A stretch of 64,000 nt of DNA, from the IMG/VR virus record IMGVR_UViG_3300026484_000436, positions 41,640-105,639 of that record; one strand, 5' to 3'. The position numbers were made by a program, and so were the translations under genes. Under the pieces are notes generated by a model, which saw only the letters and a program-made list of their open reading frames with translations, made no database searches and was not told where the DNA came from. Below, piece after piece: positions 58,665-64,000 of this stretch. The first letter of the stretch is position 1; the number at the start of each line of letters is the position of its first letter. This DNA comes from a virus.

Positions 58665-60331
58665 TATGAACCTTTTAATTCGATAATTGCTTCTTTGACA
58701 TAAATCGGTAAATAATTACTTCTTTTAAAATTATTAAAATTTTTATCAAAAATATAAAAAATTGCTTCATCATCTTTATGTCTTACTGCTCTACCATAAC
58801 TTTGAATTATTCTATTCGCAGTTTCTTGCTGATACCATTTTGGGCACATTTGCATTTTTGTTTTGACATAACTATCTCCTAAACTTGCATAAGGTATTTT
58901 AGTTAAAATTTGCCATTTCGCAAAATTATCTTTAAAGTCGTGTCCTTCAAAAAGTGTAGGCCCAATCAAAATTTTTTTACCTTTATATTTGTTTATAGTA
59001 TAACTATCTTTTGCCACAACTATATCATTTTCAAATTTTGATTTTTCTTTAAAAATGTTAGCAAAATAATAACTTGATGTGTGTATTATGCCCATTTCAC
59101 CTTTATGTTTTTCGATTATTTTATCTATAATTTTAGAAGTTTTTTCGATTGCTTCTTCTTGATTTTTGTATGAAAAATCTACAACGGGTTTGAAGACGAT
59201 TTTTCTATTTTCGACAGGAAATGGACTACTGCATTCGTAACTATCATAAGATTTTATACCATTTTCTTCAGCATAAACTTCGATATCTCCTATCGTTGCT
59301 GATAAGTGAATAAAATAACTTCCTTTATCGAAAATAACATCTGAGACTTGATGAGCATATATAGGTTTTATCTGTATATGAAAACTTTGTCCCATAAATT
59401 CATCACCTCGTTTTTCAAGTTGGAAAATATAATCCCCTTTACTATATAACATAAGTGCTAATTTATTTGCAAGTGTTCCAAAAAATAGCGATAAATTATA
59501 ATAAAAAGGCACATCTAATAAATCATTTTCTTTAAAACTTTGTACTTCGCTTTCTAATAACTCGATTAAATTTTTTATATTAGAACTATTTATTTTTTCT
59601 CTTGAAATTATAATACCAACCATAGATTTGATGAATTTATTCAATTCGAGAAAAATTTCTTCAACTTTTAGATAATTGTTATTGAAACTATCATCCTTAA
59701 TGGCATTCATTTCGTTTTCATCTAAAACAATTGTTCCATAATTTATCAACTCATCTGCAAGTGTATGGCACTCATCGATTACGACTATTGAACTTTTTGC
59801 TTCTGGATAACTTATAAAGAAACTCATATTTGTTATTCTTTCAAACTCATCCAACCATTTTTTTCTTTGCACCAGATACGGACAATTTTCCTTTTTACAT
59901 CTTTTAGATTTAACCATTTTTAAACAATTATCCGTTGAATATGTCGTTCCAAAAGAGCAGACATAGTTTGTTTTTCCTTTTATATCGACTAATAATGGGA
60001 ACTCGTTGATGTATTGGTCTTGGAGTGCCTTTGTTTTTGCTAATATAACCCCTTGGTAATTATCTTTTTCAATATCGCTTCTTGCATCTAAAAATTCTTC
60101 CAAGATTTTAGTTATGGCAACTGCTATATAACTTTTACCTACACCTGTTGGTAATTGTCCAATAAAATGTTTATCGCCTTTTAGAAATGACTTGATTATT
60201 CTTCTAAATGTTTCCATTTGTTCTTTTCTTGGTACTTTTCCACCAGGAAAATGTTTAAGAATAATTTCATCAATTTTTTCATTTGAAAATTCTTTCAATT
60301 TTACTCCTTTTTGCTCGTTATTATAAAACAT
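58664..60331 (-). CDS. DinG/Rad3-family SF2 helicase with Fe-S cysteines
   Basis: PTGVGKS, four Cys, IDECH, SAT, EGHDF, QSYGRAVR. Confidence 0.9.
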   Translation of the reverse strand: MFYNNEQKGVKLKEFSNEKIDEIILKHFPGGKVPRKEQMETFRRIIKSFLKGDKHFIGQLPTGVGKSYIAVAITKILEEFLDARSDIEKDNYQGVILAKTKALQDQYINEFPLLVDIKGKTNYVCSFGTTYSTDNCLKMVKSKRCKKENCPYLVQRKKWLDEFERITNMSFFISYPEAKSSIVVIDECHTLADELINYGTIVLDENEMNAIKDDSFNNNYLKVEEIFLELNKFIKSMVGIIISREKINSSNIKNLIELLESEVQSFKENDLLDVPFYYNLSLFFGTLANKLALMLYSKGDYIFQLEKRGDEFMGQSFHIQIKPIYAHQVSDVIFDKGSYFIHLSATIGDIEVYAEENGIKSYDSYECSSPFPVENRKIVFKPVVDFSYKNQEEAIEKTSKIIDKIIEKHKGEMGIIHTSSYYFANIFKEKSKFENDIVVAKDSYTINKYKGKKILIGPTLFEGHDFKDNFAKWQILTKIPYASLGDSYVKTKMQMCPKWYQQETANRIIQSYGRAVRHKDDEAIFYIFDKNFNNFKRSNYLPIYVKEAIIELKGS

Positions 60332-60391
60332 TCATCTTCTCGCATGTAACAAAATTATACCAAAAAAGAAACAAAAAATTAAGAAGAATTC

Positions 60392-61336
60392 TTAACTTTG
60401 ATAACTTTTTAGTATTTTTTTCATTTCTTCAAGTGATATAACAATCGTAAAATCTTCATATCCTTTTGTAGATTTGAAAATTTCTTGAACCATTTTAAAA
60501 CCTTCAGATTTTTTATCATACATATCTTTTGAATTATGTTTTAAATACTTCCATTCTTCTTTTCCAAAATAACTTTTAAAATCTTTATAGTCAAGAATTG
60601 CTGTTCTAGCATTTTCAGCAGTTATAATCAAGTCGATTATTTTAAAATCATATCCTAAAATCTCATTATATCCATCAACTAAATCATTTTCACTATACTC
60701 TAAAAGACTTTTTAAGTCATCTTTATAATCAATTAAAACTTCTTCAGTAACATCGAAATAAAGTTTTATCAATTCCATTTTTGTTTTTTTCAAGTCATCT
60801 TCATTATATTTACACTCATTAGATACTATTGTTTTACCTATAAAACAAGATAAATCTTTACAAAATTCACAATTTTCTGTTTCGAACCAATCCGTATCCA
60901 TAATTCTTCTATGAATTTGTTCTCCCATAGTTTTCCAAAATCTTCTCACTCTACTATCTGCTATATTATCTGGTTCTACCCATCTTCTACCTTGACTATC
61001 AAATTTTGTCCAAATGTCTGCATTGTGATGAACTGCTTTTTTACCACTCAAAACAGCACAAACAGGCTCTTCAAGTTCTATACCATCTGCTCCTGAAAAT
61101 ATATCATCATTATTCCATTTATCAAAACAAGAAACTGTTTTTCTTTTATTTTGTAGTTTTCTAAGTTGTGGGACATTCAATAAATCTAACATATGAAAAT
61201 ATGTACCCTCTTCATCTCCGAAAATTCGTTCCATCATCTTTGGTGAGATTGGAACGAATTTTCTGGCGATAAATTCTAAAATTACCACACTTGAATCATC
61301 TTTTTCATTTAAACTTTCTAAAATACTTCTTAGCAT
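60392..61336 (-). CDS. Hypothetical protein with an MLRSILE leader; paralogue of 41319..41990
   Basis: Shared DxQGRRW and YNE motifs; TTAAATA at 61369-61375. Confidence 0.65.
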   Translation of the reverse strand: MLRSILESLNEKDDSSVVILEFIARKFVPISPKMMERIFGDEEGTYFHMLDLLNVPQLRKLQNKRKTVSCFDKWNNDDIFSGADGIELEEPVCAVLSGKKAVHHNADIWTKFDSQGRRWVEPDNIADSRVRRFWKTMGEQIHRRIMDTDWFETENCEFCKDLSCFIGKTIVSNECKYNEDDLKKTKMELIKLYFDVTEEVLIDYKDDLKSLLEYSENDLVDGYNEILGYDFKIIDLIITAENARTAILDYKDFKSYFGKEEWKYLKHNSKDMYDKKSEGFKMVQEIFKSTKGYEDFTIVISLEEMKKILKSYQS

Positions 61337-61371
61337 TATTTTATTCCTTTATGTTTCATCTTTTAAATTAT

Positions 61372-62460
61372 TTAAACAAATCCAACTTTTTTCTCAATTT
61401 TTTTATGTAGTAATGAAACATTTTTTTTCAGGTATTTTCTATCTATTATGTCATTTTTAACATCATCTATCATACTTCCTAAATCAGATTGGTAGTAAAT
61501 ATCTTTATAAGGTAATTTTTTGTCTGTGTGTTTTGCATAAATTTTTTGTGCTTCTTTATATTCAAGTGGTAAAAATTTTAAAAAATCAAATAATCTACCC
61601 TTCCTTTTTAATGCTTCATCTATTTCATCAATAGGTTGATTTGTAGTGATTATAATTTTTGTGTCATTTTTAATAACACCATCTGAAAACGATAATAATT
61701 TGCTTAAGAAATTATTTTTTGAAACATCATCTCTACTATCATCTCTTTTACCTAAAAGAAAATCTAAATCATCTAAGATTAAGTAGTCATTTCTTTTTGC
61801 TATTTCCCAAAAATCATCCATATTAAAAAGACTTATATCTTTCGCGAATAAAAAATTATGGTATTTTCTACTATCAGGCAATGTATTATTTTCCAATAAA
61901 TATCTCATAAGTAAAGCAATAAATTTAGATTTACCTGTTCCGGGTTCTGAGGCAAGTATTAGAATGTTTTCGTTACTTTTTATGAATTGTTCTATGAATA
62001 AATTCACATCAATGAATGGATAAAAATCTTTATCTATATTTGAAAAATCCTCGTGATACTTTTCTTCAGAACTTTCTTTTATACCACCTTGCATAAGACC
62101 CACTGTCGTTAAATTGATATAATCGTTATCATCAAAAGATTTATATTTTTTAGTAATTTCATAAATCCTATCTAATAAATCATAATCTTTACAATATATT
62201 TCACTATTATAAGTTTCTTTCCCCGATTGAAGACTAATGAATATATCTTCATTGACTAATATATAATAGTTATAATACCCCATATCATAATGATGTACCT
62301 TTGTTTTAAAAGTATTTGAAATTTCCTTAATAAACTCACTTAAACTTTGTTTTAAAATTTTTATACCACTATGAAAGGCATTAAATTTTAATAAATGCTT
62401 ATCCCAAATTGAATCGGTAATATCACTATTACCTGGACGATGCGATAAAATAAAATCCAT
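61372..62460 (-). CDS. AAA+ ATPase
   Basis: SEPGTGKS, LILDDLD, ITTN, ALKRKGRLFD, C-terminal VGF. Confidence 0.85.
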   Translation of the reverse strand: MDFILSHRPGNSDITDSIWDKHLLKFNAFHSGIKILKQSLSEFIKEISNTFKTKVHHYDMGYYNYYILVNEDIFISLQSGKETYNSEIYCKDYDLLDRIYEITKKYKSFDDNDYINLTTVGLMQGGIKESSEEKYHEDFSNIDKDFYPFIDVNLFIEQFIKSNENILILASEPGTGKSKFIALLMRYLLENNTLPDSRKYHNFLFAKDISLFNMDDFWEIAKRNDYLILDDLDFLLGKRDDSRDDVSKNNFLSKLLSFSDGVIKNDTKIIITTNQPIDEIDEALKRKGRLFDFLKFLPLEYKEAQKIYAKHTDKKLPYKDIYYQSDLGSMIDDVKNDIIDRKYLKKNVSLLHKKIEKKVGFV

Positions 62461-62482
62461 TTTTTGCTCCTTTTAATAAATT

Positions 62483-62725
62483 TTAATATAAATCTTTTCT
62501 TGATAATGTTTGAAGGATATCTTTAATTTTTACCTCATCTATAACTTCAAAATGACTTTTGAAATCTTTTTTAATTAAGTAATGTCTATCCCATTCCTCA
62601 TCAAAACCGATATAATTTTTATTAGATTTAAAAAATGTATATACTTTATCTTTTTTCCAAGATATTTCACCTTCGGGGTCTTTCATAATAAAATCTTTGA
62701 CACATTTCGCTAAAATAAGTTTCAT
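62483..62725 (-). CDS. Hypothetical protein
   Basis: 80 aa with AGGAG SD. Confidence 0.55.
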   Translation of the reverse strand: MKLILAKCVKDFIMKDPEGEISWKKDKVYTFFKSNKNYIGFDEEWDRHYLIKKDFKSHFEVIDEVKIKDILQTLSRKDLY

Positions 62726-62880
62726 TTTTTCTCCTTTAATTTTTTTAAAATAACCTATCTAAAATCACTAATCCTGATGTAATTAAATTGAATGTTAAAG
62801 ATTCATTCAACACCCCAAATGTTATTAGTTTCATTAAATAATCATCCCATATTTCCATTTCAATTCCTTTAATTTTTATT

Positions 62881-63060
62881 TCATGCGACATAACGAGAAT
62901 TGTGCTTTTCTTTTCTCGTATAAAGTTTTTTACTTTTAACAACTTTTCTACTCATATCTATTTCACCTCTTATTGCTTTGATGATATTTCCGTCCCTTCT
63001 TTTAACATTTTGTAACTCATTTTGAATTTGTTTCAAAGTTCTTTTTTTGTTCTTCTTCAT
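62881..63060 (-). CDS. Small basic protein (59 aa) missing from the ORF track
   Basis: AAGGA SD; MKKNKKRTLKQ...KKLYTRKEKH...; behind a sigma70 promoter. Confidence 0.55.
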   Translation of the reverse strand: MKKNKKRTLKQIQNELQNVKRRDGNIIKAIRGEIDMSRKVVKSKKLYTRKEKHNSRYVA

Positions 63061-63088
63061 AACTTATCCTTTATGTTTTATATTTATA

Positions 63089-63117
63089 ATTATATAATTT
63101 TTTGAAAGAAAAGTCAA
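63089..63117 (-). promoter_or_regulatory. Sigma70-type promoter
   Basis: TTGACT-17-TATAAT. Confidence 0.75.
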
Positions 63118-63413
63118 GTAATTTTATATAACTTTTTATATTTATTATAAAATTTATTGATTTTTGCCCATTCTTTATTTCTATTTTTAGTTGAATTTAG
63201 ATATATTTTTATAAAAGTTAGATAAAGGTTGATGTCTTCAACAGTTATTTCTTCTTCATATGAATAATCATCATCGTATATAGTGATTTTTTTATTTTCA
63301 ATCGCACTCATATAAAAATCAACACCCATATCAACTATTAAATTATATAATAATTCAAAATTTCTTTTCTTCTTTCTTTTTAAGTGAGATAATTTTTTCG
63401 TTATTTTGCTCAT
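63114..63413 (-). CDS. Hypothetical protein
   Basis: 99 aa, ATGA overlap with the upstream gene. Confidence 0.5.
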   Translation of the reverse strand: MSKITKKLSHLKRKKKRNFELLYNLIVDMGVDFYMSAIENKKITIYDDDYSYEEEITVEDINLYLTFIKIYLNSTKNRNKEWAKINKFYNKYKKLYKIT

Positions 63414-64000
63414 ACTTCATCCTTTAAAATACATTCATAAACACATATATAAGGGCCATTTCTTTTATCTATATGAAAATGTCCAAATATCCATAATTCA
63501 AATTCAACCAAAAGCAATACTTTATCCATAAATTTTGAAACAGGGTCTGACAATTTCAAAAACCCAACATTATCAGGCAAGTAATCTCTTATTAAAAATG
63601 AAGGACAAGTGTGCGAAAGAATGGAATAAAAATTCTTTTTATTTTTTGCTATTTTTAAAATTTCTTTCTTTTCACTTTTCTTTAAAGTTTCTTGTTCCCA
63701 CCAACTAACATTTGCCTTTCTATAATGTTTATCGATAGATTCCGCCCCCCTAATGCATAAAAATTCTTTATCTTTGATTTTTAATAGTGGATTTTTTATA
63801 AAATTGAACTCAACTTCCTTATATTTTAAAGTGTAAAATTCGCCTTCAATGTCGCCTTGTTTTTTAGTTACAGGAAAATTAAAAATGGCATTATAATTTT
63901 CGTGATTTCCCGGAACAATTATTAAAGTTATGTTTTTACCTTTTAGTTTTTCAACCCATTTATCAAGTGTAGGGGCATTATCCTTCAATCTATCACTCCA
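63410..64000 (-). CDS. Calcineurin-like metallophosphoesterase (5' end outside the window)
   Basis: GNHEN, GAESID, SHTCP, FGHFH; frame open to the window edge. Confidence 0.85.
   Translation of the reverse strand, partial: WSDRLKDNAPTLDKWVEKLKGKNITLIIVPGNHENYNAIFNFPVTKKQGDIEGEFYTLKYKEVEFNFIKNPLLKIKDKEFLCIRGAESIDKHYRKANVSWWEQETLKKSEKKEILKIAKNKKNFYSILSHTCPSFLIRDYLPDNVGFLKLSDPVSKFMDKVLLLVEFELWIFGHFHIDKRNGPYICVYECILKDEV

Noticed and set aside
976-61096. Numerous short plus-strand ORFs antisense to long genes (e.g. 976, 13899, 18526, 21078, 27018, 54366)
   Set aside because: Shadow ORFs with Ser/Phe/Leu/Ile-rich composition, no SD, fully overlapping well-supported genes
1-64000. Alternative genetic code or tRNA genes
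   Set aside because: Known genes are full length under code 11 and use TAA, TAG and TGA stops; intergenic gaps are too short and AT-rich for cloverleafs

Overview
This is a very AT-rich (about 25% GC by eye), gene-dense segment of a large T4-like myovirus genome, almost all on the minus strand. The host is probably a Campylobacterota (Epsilonproteobacteria) species, inferred from the ThyX, prepilin and hemerythrin signatures. From left to right it contains: tail-fibre paralogues; a baseplate, hub and tape-measure module; a LamG (ConA-like) adhesin cluster interrupted by an endonuclease VII gene; and a plus-strand lysis cassette (endolysin, holin, i- and o-spanin). The long accessory/metabolic region that follows carries a DHH phosphoesterase, hemerythrin, a nucleotidyltransferase operon, a pilin-like gene, thyX, RNA ligase, RNase HII, nrdAB, a Cas4-like nuclease, a secreted non-specific nuclease, a three-gene two-component operon, a ParM/ParR-like pair, an SLT, a dNMP kinase, a DinG helicase, an AAA ATPase and a metallophosphoesterase. 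The strongest finding is a P-loop ATPase gene fractured inside its Walker A motif by a naturally split intein with only a 13-residue N-fragment. Other highlights are a shared MLKEILE-type N-terminal leader on seven otherwise mostly unrelated, apparently late-expressed proteins (a candidate capsid-targeting signal), a phage-encoded two-component system, an A10 frameshift in a candidate adhesin, and a gp5 spike split around an 826-aa gene. No tRNA, rRNA or CRISPR array was seen. All calls are by-eye motif recognition; no database searches were run.
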